A stretch of 43,337 nucleotides of DNA from an uncultured bacterium (lineage in GTDB: Bacteria > Abyssobacteria > SURF-5): assembly GCA_964510165.1 (NCBI GenBank), contig CAZEBC010000009.1, positions 3,758 through 47,094 on the forward strand, given 5' to 3'. Below the pieces are notes generated by a model, which was given only the letters and a program-made list of their open reading frames with translations, ran no database searches and had not been told where the DNA came from. Position 1 is the stretch's first letter; every line of letters begins with the position of its first letter. Both the position numbers and the translations under genes were made by a program. Shown piece after piece: positions 1-8,828 of the stretch.

Positions 1-2658
1 GATGAAGAGGGAGGAGATGAGACAGGCGCCGACGCCAAGGACGAGAAGTTGGCCGAGGCTGATCAGGCCGCGATGCGTGGAGAGGAGTAGGCAGGCGAAG
101 CCTGCCATTGTGGTGAGCGAGGAGACGGCGATGGCGCGGCCGGAGGTGAGCACCGCCGCGCGGGCATCGCCGCCGTTGTCGCGGAAGCGGTGCACGATGT
201 GGACGCCGTTATCGATTCCAATGCCGAGCGTGAGCGGGACGGCCATCATGTTGATTGGGTTATAGGACCAGCCCACGAGCCGCATGATTCCGAGCATCCA
301 TATGACGCCTACGGTCACCGACAGCAGCGCGAGCAGAGAGGGGACGACACTGCGGAAATCGAGAAAAACCAGGAGCACGACGGCGCCCAGGACCAGCAGG
401 CTACATTCTCTGAGGGCGTTACCGGCGATGTCGAGCAGCGTCTGTGCGAAGAGGGCGGCGCCGGCGGCGTCGGGCGCGACGGACTTGACGTCGGCGTTGA
501 ACCTGTCGAGGAACGCTTTATTCCAGACGCTTTGGGACGGAAACACGTAGGCGGCGTACTTGCCGGTTCGACCGACGAAGCGAGTGCGGACGTTCTCGGG
601 CAGGTCGGCGAACGAAATTCGGTCCAGTTGTCGCTCACTCGTCAGCGCTGTCAGTTCGGTTCCCACGTACGTAAATAAGTCCTCAGAGAAAGTGTGGAGC
701 CGGTCGGATATATCGGCACGAGCGTTCTGAGCCTTGTCGAGGAATACGCGAACGGCCTGAAGGCTGCGATTCATCTCGCTTATCACTTCCTCGTTTTCGA
801 TGATAGCCTCCGTCTTAATCGCGGTTTCCAGGCCGCGCTGCATCTCCTCGTATTGTTGGATGAGCCGTTTCACATCGGGATTTCCGTGGGACGGTCGTAC
901 GGCTTCCCTTAACTGTGCAAGTTGCGGGATGATGGTTCGCGCAATTTCGACGCACTGGTCCTGGTCGAGCGGGACGAGTTGCTCGGCGGAGTCAACGCGC
1001 GAGACGGTCGGCAGCCGCGTCAATTGCTCAGCCGCATGTTTGATGGACCGGAGGTCGTCCTTCACGATGACGTTGAAGGCGGGAGCGAGGCCGGTGCGCT
1101 CCATGAGCACTTCCTCGTATTGTCCGGACGCGGAGGCGCGGGGCTGAATGTGGAGGAAATTGTAGTCGAATGCGACTTGGGGCGCGAAAAAGCACATTGC
1201 GAGCGTGCCTGCCGCCGCGAGCGCGGCAATCGGCCTGGCGTTTCGGTCGGCGGCGTCAGCGAAGCGAGTGATCAATTGTTTCAAGAAGGATTCCGTCACG
1301 CTTTGCGAAATCCTTGGCGGTAACCAGTGATTGCGAAGCGACTCGAGCGCGGGGACAATGGTCAGCATCGAGACCAGGCTGAGCACGATGCCTGTGCCCG
1401 CGATGAGCCCGAGTTCGGTCAGGCCGAGGAAGTCCGACGCCGCAAGGAGATAGAATGCGGCGGCTGTCGTGAGCGCGCCGGTCGCAATGGGTGGCCCGCA
1501 TCCAACGAGGGCGCTCTGCATGGCGGCGTCGAATGTCTGCGCCGTCTTCCGTTCGTCATGATAGCGGGAGATGAAGTGAACGCCAAAGTCAATGCTGAGT
1601 CCTATGAGGGTTACCGCGAAGACGGAGGAGAGGATATTCAGGCGCCCGATCAGGAGTTCGGTTATTCCGAGAGTGCACAGGATTGCGGCGAGCATCGCCA
1701 GTCCTGTAAATGCGATCTCGCCGGGATGACGAAAGAAGAGGAAAAAGATAAGGAGTATCAGGCCGAGCGCGGCGAGCGAGATATAGGGAATCTCGTTCTC
1801 GATGACTTGCAGGTCGCCATAGGCGAAGGTTGGGAGGCCGGTCATCCCGATGGTGACGCCCTTGAAGTCGGCGAGGACCTTTCGGCGCGCGTCGAGGAGC
1901 GACTGCATCATGGGGCGGAGGAATTCGATGTTGTCCTCGCGTTCGGCGTTGGGACGCGCCAAGAGGAAAACCATCCGCCCCTCTTTCCCCACGAGGTAAC
2001 CGTCGGGGTCGTCGGAGACGGCCAGCGGCAGAGCGCCGGACACGAGCGCGGGAAGGAATTCGACCGCGTCATTGCGGTCCTCCCACACGTATGAATTGAT
2101 TGACTCGAGCAGGCGCGAGAGGGCGGCCAGTTCCACCTGCGCGGCAGGTTCTCTGAACTCCTGCATGGTCTTTGTCTCGGCCATCGCAGCGATTGTGGAG
2201 AAGACATCGTTCAGGTTGTCTGCGGCGGCGAGTTGCGTCAGCGAGGCGTAGTTCCTGGCGAGATAACGATGGAAAAGGCCAAGTTGTTCCGGAGTGAGAT
2301 ACACGAACAGATGATGCTTGATGAACTCGACATCGAACTGATAGAAGACATCGCGAATGTAGCGGGGGTGTCTCGAGATTTCGGCGGCGAGCGCGTCGGC
2401 GCAGCGCTTGGATTTTTCGAGAGAATCGCTCTCGATGATGAAGTAGACGTTGTTGGCGGTCCCGAATTCGCCGGTGAAACGGTCGTAGTTTCTCACTTGC
2501 TCGTTGTCGGGGGAGAGCAAATCGAGGCGGCTTGTGTTGGTCTGGAGCCTGGAGGCGAGGAGCGCGCCCGCGACGCTGAAGGCCGCCGCCAGGACAAGCA
2601 CGATGCCGGGCCATCTGCACGAGAGATGGGCGACGAATCGAAATACTGTATGCCGCAT
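1..2658 (-). CDS. MMPL/RND-superfamily exporter (HpnN-like), 3'-partial
   Basis: Absent from the ORF track because it has no stop inside the window. Both ends translated by hand: ATG at 2658 gives MRHTVFRFVAHLSCRWPGIVLVLAAAFSVAGALLASRLQTNTSRLDLLSPDNEQVRNYDRFTGEFGT, and the same frame at the left edge gives AVPLTLGIGIDNGVHIVHRF...GRAIAVSSLTTMAGFACLLLSTHRGLISLGQLLVLGV (typical MMPL GIGID and TT-GF motifs). The middle was only spot-checked for stops. Confidence 0.87.
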   Translation of the reverse strand, partial: MRHTVFRFVAHLSCRWPGIVLVLAAAFSVAGALLASRLQTNTSRLDLLSPDNEQVRNYDRFTGEFGTANNVYFIIESDSLEKSKRCADALAAEISRHPRYIRDVFYQFDVEFIKHHLFVYLTPEQLGLFHRYLARNYASLTQLAAADNLNDVFSTIAAMAETKTMQEFREPAAQVELAALSRLLESINSYVWEDRNDAVEFLPALVSGALPLAVSDDPDGYLVGKEGRMVFLLARPNAEREDNIEFLRPMMQSLLDARRKVLADFKGVTIGMTGLPTFAYGDLQVIENEIPYISLAALGLILLIFFLFFRHPGEIAFTGLAMLAAILCTLGITELLIGRLNILSSVFAVTLIGLSIDFGVHFISRYHDERKTAQTFDAAMQSALVGCGPPIATGALTTAAAFYLLAASDFLGLTELGLIAGTGIVLSLVSMLTIVPALESLRNHWLPPRISQSVTESFLKQLITRFADAADRNARPIAALAAAGTLAMCFFAPQVAFDYNFLHIQPRASASGQYEEVLMERTGLAPAFNVIVKDDLRSIKHAAEQLTRLPTVSRVDSAEQLVPLDQDQCVEIARTIIPQLAQLREAVRPSHGNPDVKRLIQQYEEMQRGLETAIKTEAIIENEEVISEMNRSLQAVRVFLDKAQNARADISDRLHTFSEDLFTYVGTELTALTSERQLDRISFADLPENVRTRFVGRTGKYAAYVFPSQSVWNKAFLDRFNADVKSVAPDAAGAALFAQTLLDIAGNALRECSLLVLGAVVLLVFLDFRSVVPSLLALLSVTVGVIWMLGIMRLVGWSYNPINMMAVPLTLGIGIDNGVHIVHRFRDNGGDARAAVLTSGRAIAVSSLTTMAGFACLLLSTHRGLISLGQLLVLGVGACLISSLFI

Positions 2659-2696
2659 CTGGAATTTCCGATTGATAAAGGCACAGGACTACAGAA

Positions 2697-2725
2697 AGGT
2701 TAACAATGAGGAGGGAAGGTGGCAA
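2697..2725 (-). promoter_or_regulatory. Putative sigma70 promoter of the MMPL gene
   Basis: TTGCCA-17 nt-TAACCT with a TGn extension, about 40 nt upstream of the ATG. Confidence 0.45.
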
Positions 2726-2737
2726 GGGAACACCCGT

Positions 2738-2761
2738 GGGCGCGATGAATCGCGCCCCTAC
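2738..2761 (-). repeat. REP-like palindrome (GTAG + hairpin)
   Basis: Minus strand reads GTAG-G-GGCGCGAT-TC-ATCGCGCC-C: a perfect 9-bp stem (GGGCGCGAT/ATCGCGCCC) preceded by the GTAG tetranucleotide typical of RAYT-associated REPs. Confidence 0.7.
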
Positions 2762-3375
2762 AAGGGTTCAGCGCACGGAATACACAGGGTCTTGCCGCCG
2801 ACATTGCGGATGCGGGTTTCCATGACCTGCTCGCCGCATTTCTGGCACACGATGCTTGGGCATATGCGGGCGGGTCGCGGGGCCTGTTCATCGAGCGGGC
2901 TCCACTTGAGGAAATCTTCCGCTGGACAAGAGAGCACATGTTGGATTAACTCTTGGCGAAGTTTGCCGTACTCCTTGCGTTCGGCGTCAGTGGCCGATTT
3001 TTCGAAATGAATTCTTCTCTTGAGTTCCTCCATGCGTGCGCCGGCACCGCCGGGAAGCGATGGGAAGTCGCGGTAACTCATGCGATACGCCTTGCCTTTG
3101 TCCCGAACGAAGAAGCTGAATCCGCCCTTTCCGTAGTCTTTGAAAACGAGGTTTCCCTTGCCGAAAGTGCAGCCGGTGACGACCTGGATGGCGTCGACGG
3201 CGCAGGTGTCGTTTTCGACGACGGCGACAAGCTCCTCGTCGTGGGGCCGGGCGACTCCGAGCAGTTGCATCGCTTTCAGAGCCACACGGTATCCTATCGC
3301 AAGTCCGGGGCACACATGCCCGTGGAACTTTGCGGCTTCTTCAAAGGTCGGCAGAGATTCTTTCAAAGGGATCAC
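2758..3375 (-). CDS. FmdE-family protein (formylmethanofuran dehydrogenase subunit E-like) with C-terminal zinc ribbon
   Basis: FHGHVCPGLAIG, ENDTCAVDAIQVVTGCTFGKGNL, C-terminal CQKC...CIPC; AGGAG before the GTG start. Confidence 0.9.
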   Translation of the reverse strand: MIPLKESLPTFEEAAKFHGHVCPGLAIGYRVALKAMQLLGVARPHDEELVAVVENDTCAVDAIQVVTGCTFGKGNLVFKDYGKGGFSFFVRDKGKAYRMSYRDFPSLPGGAGARMEELKRRIHFEKSATDAERKEYGKLRQELIQHVLSCPAEDFLKWSPLDEQAPRPARICPSIVCQKCGEQVMETRIRNVGGKTLCIPCAEPL

Positions 3376-3390
3376 CTCCTTGTTGGTTCT

Positions 3391-3399
3391 AGTATAGCA
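3391..3399 (-). promoter_or_regulatory. Extended -10 element upstream of the FmdE gene
   Basis: TGCTATACT (TGn-TATACT); no clear -35. Confidence 0.4.
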
Positions 3400-3415
3400 T
3401 TCCAGGACGGGAGAT

Positions 3416-3444
3416 GTAGGGCAGGCGCGGGGCTCCTACCTTAC
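3416..3444. repeat. Imperfect inverted repeat between divergent promoters
   Basis: GTAGGGCAGG-N9-CCTACCTTAC; arms match at 8 of 10 positions and the left arm begins with GTAG. Confidence 0.4.
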
Positions 3445-3455
3445 GCGAGCAGGTT

Positions 3456-3484
3456 TTGAGAATTTTGGGGAATGATGATATAAT
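3456..3484 (+). promoter_or_regulatory. Sigma70 promoter of the acyl-CoA synthetase subunit gene
   Basis: TTGAGA-17 nt-TATAAT with a TGn extension. Confidence 0.65.
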
Positions 3485-3581
3485 ACGGCCCGTCGGAGCG
3501 GCGACAGCCCCGTCCTCGTTGACCGCTCCTTGAAGGCAAATTCCGCTGGATATTCAATCAACCATAAGGAGCAGCGAACCA

Positions 3582-4253
3582 ATGGAGATGATTGCACAAG
3601 CCCTTAAGGCCGGACAGCGAACGCTTTCGGAATATCAGTCGAAGCAACTGCTCAAGCAATACGGCATTGCGGTGACGCGCGAGTTTCTTGCAACGTCGAA
3701 GAAGGAAGCGGTGGATTTTGCCAAGAAACTGGGCTATCCGGTCGCACTCAAGGGATGCTCGCCTGCGCTCACGCACAAGACGGAGCGTCAGATGATAGCG
3801 CTCAAGCTCCGGGATGAGAAAGAAGTGGCCGAGGCGTTTGAAGACATCATGAAGCGTGCAGGCGAGCCGTTAGACGGCGTGCTGGTGCAGGAGATGGTGA
3901 AGGGCAGCCGTGAGCTCGTGGTCGGATTGACCCGCGACCAGCAATTTGGGCCATGCGCGATGCTCGGTCTGGGCGGCATCTTCGTCGAGGTGCTCAAGCA
4001 GGTGACATTCCGCATCGCCCCGCTGGAGGAACGGGATGCCCTGGAGATGATGGACGAACTCCCGGGCAAGAAAATCTTCGAGGCCTTCAGGGGCGAGCCG
4101 CCGGTTGATCGCAAGGCACTGGCGAAGACGCTTATCGCCGTCGGTCAGATCGGGCTTGAGAACGACGCGGTAAAGGAAATCGACATCAATCCGATGATCA
4201 TTTCGGGCGACAAGCCCATCGCGGTTGACGCGCTCGTGGTGCTCGGCGAGTAG
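3582..4253 (+). CDS. Acetate/acyl-CoA ligase (NDP-forming) beta-type subunit, ATP-grasp only
   Basis: LSEYQSKQLL, GYPVALK, HKTE, VLVQEM, GLTRDQQFGP, GLGGIFVEV, EIDINP, AVDALVVL; AAGGAG RBS. Confidence 0.9.
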   Translation: MEMIAQALKAGQRTLSEYQSKQLLKQYGIAVTREFLATSKKEAVDFAKKLGYPVALKGCSPALTHKTERQMIALKLRDEKEVAEAFEDIMKRAGEPLDGVLVQEMVKGSRELVVGLTRDQQFGPCAMLGLGGIFVEVLKQVTFRIAPLEERDALEMMDELPGKKIFEAFRGEPPVDRKALAKTLIAVGQIGLENDAVKEIDINPMIISGDKPIAVDALVVLGE

Positions 4254-4262
4254 ATTCGAAGG

Positions 4263-6431
4263 TTACTCCAATTGCTTCAGCGCGTCCATGGCAGGCGCGA
4301 ACGAGGGGTCGGCCTGCAGGGCGCGCTGCCAATATTTGCGGGCGGCCTCACGGTCGCCTTTTTCATAATAGATCGCGCCGAGATTAAAGAGAGGTATCGG
4401 CGCGTCTCCGCCGCATCGGATTGCCAGGCGGTAATGCTTCTCGGCCTGCTTGGTCAGTCCCTGCTCATCATATAACCTTCCCAAGTTCGCGTGCGCAAGC
4501 GCGTGGCCGGAATCCAGCTCAAGGGTCCTCACGTAATGCGCGAGCGCCAGGTCAGCCCGTCCCATCCGTTCGTACGCAAGGCCCAGATTGTAATGTCCCT
4601 CGGGCAGGAGCGGCATCAGCTTGAGCCCTGCCTCAAAGTGGCTGGCTGCGTGCTCCGGCAATCCCGACACCAAAAAGACGAGCCCTAGGTTGAACAAGTT
4701 CTGCGCCTGGAGGTCGGAGCCGTCGGTTGGGGCGAGCTTGTCGAAGAGTCGCCTGAGCGCGGTCGGAGCGGTGTCATTGAGGTCGTCAGGAGCGAAAATT
4801 GGCACTTCGTCCGAAGCCATATCAATGGCGTTCGTCCCGATCAGGTCTGCGTTTCGCTCACTATTGCGGACAAAAACCGCCGCCAGAGGGTCGAGATAGA
4901 CAAGCTTCCAATCGGGCGAATAATAAAGGACAGGCACAAGGAACAGCGCGTCCTGCGAGGTGTGCGAGATAACGACTGCATTGAGCGAATACTTGTCCGA
5001 AAGCGCCGCGAAGGATGGCGGTTGGGCCATCGCACGGCGGTAATCGGCGAACACCTCGGCGGTGTTGACCTCGAGCCTGGGATCAATGAACACTTTCTCG
5101 CCGGGGTACATCTCCCAAATAAACAGGCCGCCGATGTCCAGGTTGTTGAAGAACGGCCCCCTCACTCCGTTCTCCTTGAGGAACGCGAAAGCCGCATGAG
5201 GAAACAGTTGCTCTTTGAAACCGAAGCCGAACCGCTCGGCGCGCTTGTCGGCGATGTAGTACTTGTTGGTGACGACAGAGGTGATTTGCAGCGCCAGCGC
5301 AATGCAGAATGCCAGGCAGAGAACAATGCTTGTGGATTGGGCCAGTGTCGCGCGGTTTGTGAATAACCGCGTGCGCAGGCGGTCGAGGACGTTGCTCGCG
5401 TGTTCGACTGCGATCGGCAGTATTGCCACCACGAACACGGGAACGCTCCGCCGCGCGCTGATTGCGAGGTAGGCGGTTCCGCCAAAGATGATGATATGGC
5501 TGAGGCGAAGGTTCTTGTAGTCCGCTGCGAGCGCAATCCCGCTGAGAGCGATGAAGGCCGCGAAGTATTTCAATGGCGTGGTGAGGTTGTAACCGGACAA
5601 GGGAGGCTGAAGCTCGGAGATCGCTCCAGCAAAGATGTTTTCGATGCCGCCGGCGCGGGTGAACAGTGTGAGGGGAAAGAGAAGTCCCTCCAATCCATAT
5701 GGATTCAGGAGGCATGCCGCGACTGACCCGACTGCCGCGACCGCGAGCGATGACGCTTTCTTGTATCTGTGTGGCTCGATATCTTTCTTCTGCAAGCGCG
5801 AATATAAGACTGCGCCGATTTCGGGAGCGGCATATGCGGATACGAGGAACGGCCCAAGGATAAAAAGCCCCTGCATGTTCGTCCAGACCGCTTGCAGCGG
5901 GATCAGGACGAAGATTGACCATCCGCCGTTCTTCTCAAATCTTGTGAGGAGGAGCATGAACGCCGCAATCATCAGGTATGTAAACGCCTCAGGCCGTGCG
6001 AGGTAGCGCGCGCTGCACGCCATCAGGCCGAGCCAGAACATGAGGAGCGCCGCCGGATGGTTTTTTCGGGAATTGCATGCGAACCAAACCAGTGTGAAAC
6101 ACGCCGAGAAAACCAGGATGAAGAGGATGGAGAGGCCGTACGAGCCCAACGTCTCGTATGTGCCGTAAAGAATCGTCTGGAAAAGCCAGTGGAGATCGAT
6201 CCATCTGTTTCCGGCGGCTGTGTAGGAGTACATATCGACGCCGGGAATGACGCGGTTTTCGAAGATATACTTGCCCGTTCGGAGGTGCCACCAGATATCG
6301 GAATCAATGATGGTGTTTGTGAACAGAGAAAGCGCCAAGAGGCAGGGCGCGAGGGCGGCTGCGCCCTTCAGAAGCGCGCCGGTGGAGAGTCCTTGTCTCG
6401 TATTAAGCATGACCGGATATTGGGCGTCCAT
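4263..6431 (-). CDS. Multi-pass membrane protein, putative GT-C glycosyltransferase, with C-terminal TPRs
   Basis: DSDIWWHLRTG...WLFQ, RPE, WTNMQGLF, LLNPYG, ISELQP and VFIDPR motifs; about 11-12 hydrophobic segments; TPRs (HYNLGLAY, HANLGRLY, LFNLGAIY). Confidence 0.75.
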   Translation of the reverse strand: MDAQYPVMLNTRQGLSTGALLKGAAALAPCLLALSLFTNTIIDSDIWWHLRTGKYIFENRVIPGVDMYSYTAAGNRWIDLHWLFQTILYGTYETLGSYGLSILFILVFSACFTLVWFACNSRKNHPAALLMFWLGLMACSARYLARPEAFTYLMIAAFMLLLTRFEKNGGWSIFVLIPLQAVWTNMQGLFILGPFLVSAYAAPEIGAVLYSRLQKKDIEPHRYKKASSLAVAAVGSVAACLLNPYGLEGLLFPLTLFTRAGGIENIFAGAISELQPPLSGYNLTTPLKYFAAFIALSGIALAADYKNLRLSHIIIFGGTAYLAISARRSVPVFVVAILPIAVEHASNVLDRLRTRLFTNRATLAQSTSIVLCLAFCIALALQITSVVTNKYYIADKRAERFGFGFKEQLFPHAAFAFLKENGVRGPFFNNLDIGGLFIWEMYPGEKVFIDPRLEVNTAEVFADYRRAMAQPPSFAALSDKYSLNAVVISHTSQDALFLVPVLYYSPDWKLVYLDPLAAVFVRNSERNADLIGTNAIDMASDEVPIFAPDDLNDTAPTALRRLFDKLAPTDGSDLQAQNLFNLGLVFLVSGLPEHAASHFEAGLKLMPLLPEGHYNLGLAYERMGRADLALAHYVRTLELDSGHALAHANLGRLYDEQGLTKQAEKHYRLAIRCGGDAPIPLFNLGAIYYEKGDREAARKYWQRALQADPSFAPAMDALKQLE

Positions 6432-6449
6432 GCGGCTCAGCGGGCTAAA

Positions 6450-7136
6450 TCAATCCACGAATCGGTATTTCAGAAGCGTCCAGACAGCCTTGACGCCGTC
6501 GGTCCACTTGATCTTCTTTCCTTCTTTGATGGAGCGCGAGTAGTAGTTGATGGGAACTTCGTGGATATCGACCCCACGTTTCCCGAGCTTTGCGGTGATT
6601 TCGGGCTCCCACTCGAACCCATTGCCATTGAACGGAATGGACTTAATCAACTCCGCCTTGAACACCTTGTAGCAGGTAGGCTCATCGGTCAGATGGAGCC
6701 CGTACAGCACATTCGACATGACGCTGAGCACCCTGGCGGCAAACAGGTTGAGCGAATAGCGATGTTTGAAATTGGTCCCCTTCACCCTGGAACCGTACAC
6801 GACTTCGGCATGGCCCTCGACGATGGGCCGGAGCAGCTTGTGATAGTCATTCGGGTCATACTCGAGGTCTGCGTCTTGGATGATGATAATGTCGCCAGTC
6901 GCGTGAGCTATGCCTGTCCTGACGGCAGCGCCTTTGCCGCCGTTCCTCTCGTGGAATATGAGCTTGACCTCGGGCCTGTGAGCGAGTTTGTCCTTGAGAA
7001 TCTGACGGGTTCGGTCACGGCTGCCGTCGTCAACGATGAGCAATTCCTTGTCAAGGCTAACCGCGAGCACTTTGCCCACGATCTCCTCGATGGTCTGCTC
7101 TTCATTGTACGCAGGCATGACAACCGACAGCTTCAT
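6450..7136 (-). CDS. GT2 polyprenyl-phosphate glycosyltransferase (DPM1-like)
   Basis: MKLSVVMPAYNEE, IVDDGSRD, NGGKGAA, QDADLEYDP, VYGSR, EGKKI; ATG overlaps the upstream stop (ATGA at 7133-7136). Confidence 0.92.
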   Translation of the reverse strand: MKLSVVMPAYNEEQTIEEIVGKVLAVSLDKELLIVDDGSRDRTRQILKDKLAHRPEVKLIFHERNGGKGAAVRTGIAHATGDIIIIQDADLEYDPNDYHKLLRPIVEGHAEVVYGSRVKGTNFKHRYSLNLFAARVLSVMSNVLYGLHLTDEPTCYKVFKAELIKSIPFNGNGFEWEPEITAKLGKRGVDIHEVPINYYSRSIKEGKKIKWTDGVKAVWTLLKYRFVD

Positions 7137-8806
7137 GGCGCATCCTGTTGGTTGTTGTTCGATTTGAGTGATTGTGATTTGGCAAGCTGAAGCTCTTGGA
7201 AGGCTTCCTTCGCCGGCTCGAAATTCGGATTGTATCTTAGTGACGTCAAGAGGCAGTTCACTGCCATGTTGATTTCGCCCCTGTTGGCATGGGCTTTGCC
7301 TTTCTCGTACCATGCAACGGCAAGATTGCGGCGCATGCGGTCGTCATCGGGCGCTTGTGACAGCCCGACCTCATACTCTCTGATTGCGTCTTCAAGCTTT
7401 CCCAAGGCGAAATATGTGTTGCCGAGCGCCCCATGCGCCGACGGAAATCTTTCCTGGAGTCGGCAGGCGAGTTGAAGATGCTCGACGGCCTCAACGTAAC
7501 GCCCCCGGTTGTAAAGCTCCAGGCCGAGATTATAGCGCGAGGTCGGTCCCGCCGGCGAATCCCTGACCGATGCCGTCCACAGGGAGAGCGAATCGCGCCA
7601 ATCGCGGTTCCGGTCAAACGTAAGAAGCCCGTAACATAAGGCGATTGTCGAAAGCGCGGCGAGCGCCGCTCCGGCGGCCCTTCTTGAAAGCGACTGTCTC
7701 ATGAGAAGCGGAAAGGCGAGGATGACGGCGAACCCGATCGAGGGCAAGTACAGGAAGCGCTCATTGATGATAGCCTGGAGAGGAACCACGTTGGAAACCG
7801 GGATGAGCGAGGCAAAGAACCATGCGATGCCGAATGCGATGAGGGGCTCTCTCCTGCATGAGACCACCCACACTCCGGCGATGGAAAGGATTATCAGAAT
7901 CGAGAGCATGACGGTGGTCTGAAACAGCGAGTACGCCAGCGGCATCATGTATTCAACCATCAACGGCCTCGGCACAAACATCAAACGCAAATAATAAACA
8001 ACTCCCTTGGTCATCGTCAGAAACGCGGTCCACGGGCTTCCTCCCCAGTAACCGATTTGTTGTGTGACTCCGAGCACAAGGTGTCGCGTCGCCACGTAAA
8101 GAAGAGAAAAAGCAAAAAATGGGAGAACCGCCAGCAGGCGTCGCTTCCATGCGCCGGAGAGAGGCCGGTTCACAAAGAAATCGTAAACAACCAGGAGGAC
8201 AGGCAAGACGACCGCCATTTCCTTCGCAAGCAGTGAGAGCACGGCAAACACAAGAGACAGGATATAGTACGAGCCTCTGGCGGTCGTTGACCATTTCCGG
8301 TAGCAAATCATCGCGAGCAGCAGAAACAGCAGGAACATCGGGTTTCCGCGGCCGGATATCCAGGACACGGCTTCGGTCTGCACCGGATGCAGCGTGAAGA
8401 GGAGCGAGGCGAAGAACGAAAACAGCGAATCGCCGAACGTGAGGCACAGAAACCAATAGAGGACAAGTCCGCAGGCCGCATGCAGCGCAATATTGACCGC
8501 GTGATACGGAGCGGGATTTCCGTCGTTCAGCCGGTAGTTGAGGGCGAAGCTCAGCGCGGCCAGCGGGCGGTAGATGACGTATTCGCCCTTTTCAGAAAAC
8601 GACTCCCTATCAACAAAGAACCGCGTCGGATTCGAGAGGTCTCTCACTGCGGGATTGTATACGATGAACGGGTAGTCATCGTACACGAAATCGGCATTGA
8701 AATTGTTCGAATAGGCGAGGAAGACGGCGCTCATGAGCGTGAGCAGAAATGCGGCATGGAGCGAGGCTGTGGAACGACGTATTGCCAGGAATTCATAAGT
8801 GTTCAA
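7133..8806 (-). CDS. TMTC-like GT-C protein O-glycosyltransferase with TPRs (start uncertain)
   Basis: FVYDD (DD motif), YRPL, LFTLHPVQTEAVSWISGR, LLAKE, ERFLYLPS, RNRDW, then TPRs. TTG at 8806 chosen because GAGG lies upstream; the frame stays open to 8887. Confidence 0.82.
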   Translation of the reverse strand: MNTYEFLAIRRSTASLHAAFLLTLMSAVFLAYSNNFNADFVYDDYPFIVYNPAVRDLSNPTRFFVDRESFSEKGEYVIYRPLAALSFALNYRLNDGNPAPYHAVNIALHAACGLVLYWFLCLTFGDSLFSFFASLLFTLHPVQTEAVSWISGRGNPMFLLFLLLAMICYRKWSTTARGSYYILSLVFAVLSLLAKEMAVVLPVLLVVYDFFVNRPLSGAWKRRLLAVLPFFAFSLLYVATRHLVLGVTQQIGYWGGSPWTAFLTMTKGVVYYLRLMFVPRPLMVEYMMPLAYSLFQTTVMLSILIILSIAGVWVVSCRREPLIAFGIAWFFASLIPVSNVVPLQAIINERFLYLPSIGFAVILAFPLLMRQSLSRRAAGAALAALSTIALCYGLLTFDRNRDWRDSLSLWTASVRDSPAGPTSRYNLGLELYNRGRYVEAVEHLQLACRLQERFPSAHGALGNTYFALGKLEDAIREYEVGLSQAPDDDRMRRNLAVAWYEKGKAHANRGEINMAVNCLLTSLRYNPNFEPAKEAFQELQLAKSQSLKSNNNQQDAP

Positions 8807-8828
8807 ACAATGCCTCGCGACGTAATTT

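Noticed and set aside
190-2703. Series of plus-strand ORFs (190, 694, 922, 1327, 2233)
   Set aside because: All lie in the mirror frame of the minus-strand MMPL gene; shadow ORFs.
3530-3560. GGCAAA in the ligase leader suggesting a c-di-GMP-I riboswitch
   Set aside because: The GNRA-capped P2 stem and the downstream GCAAAG segment are missing.
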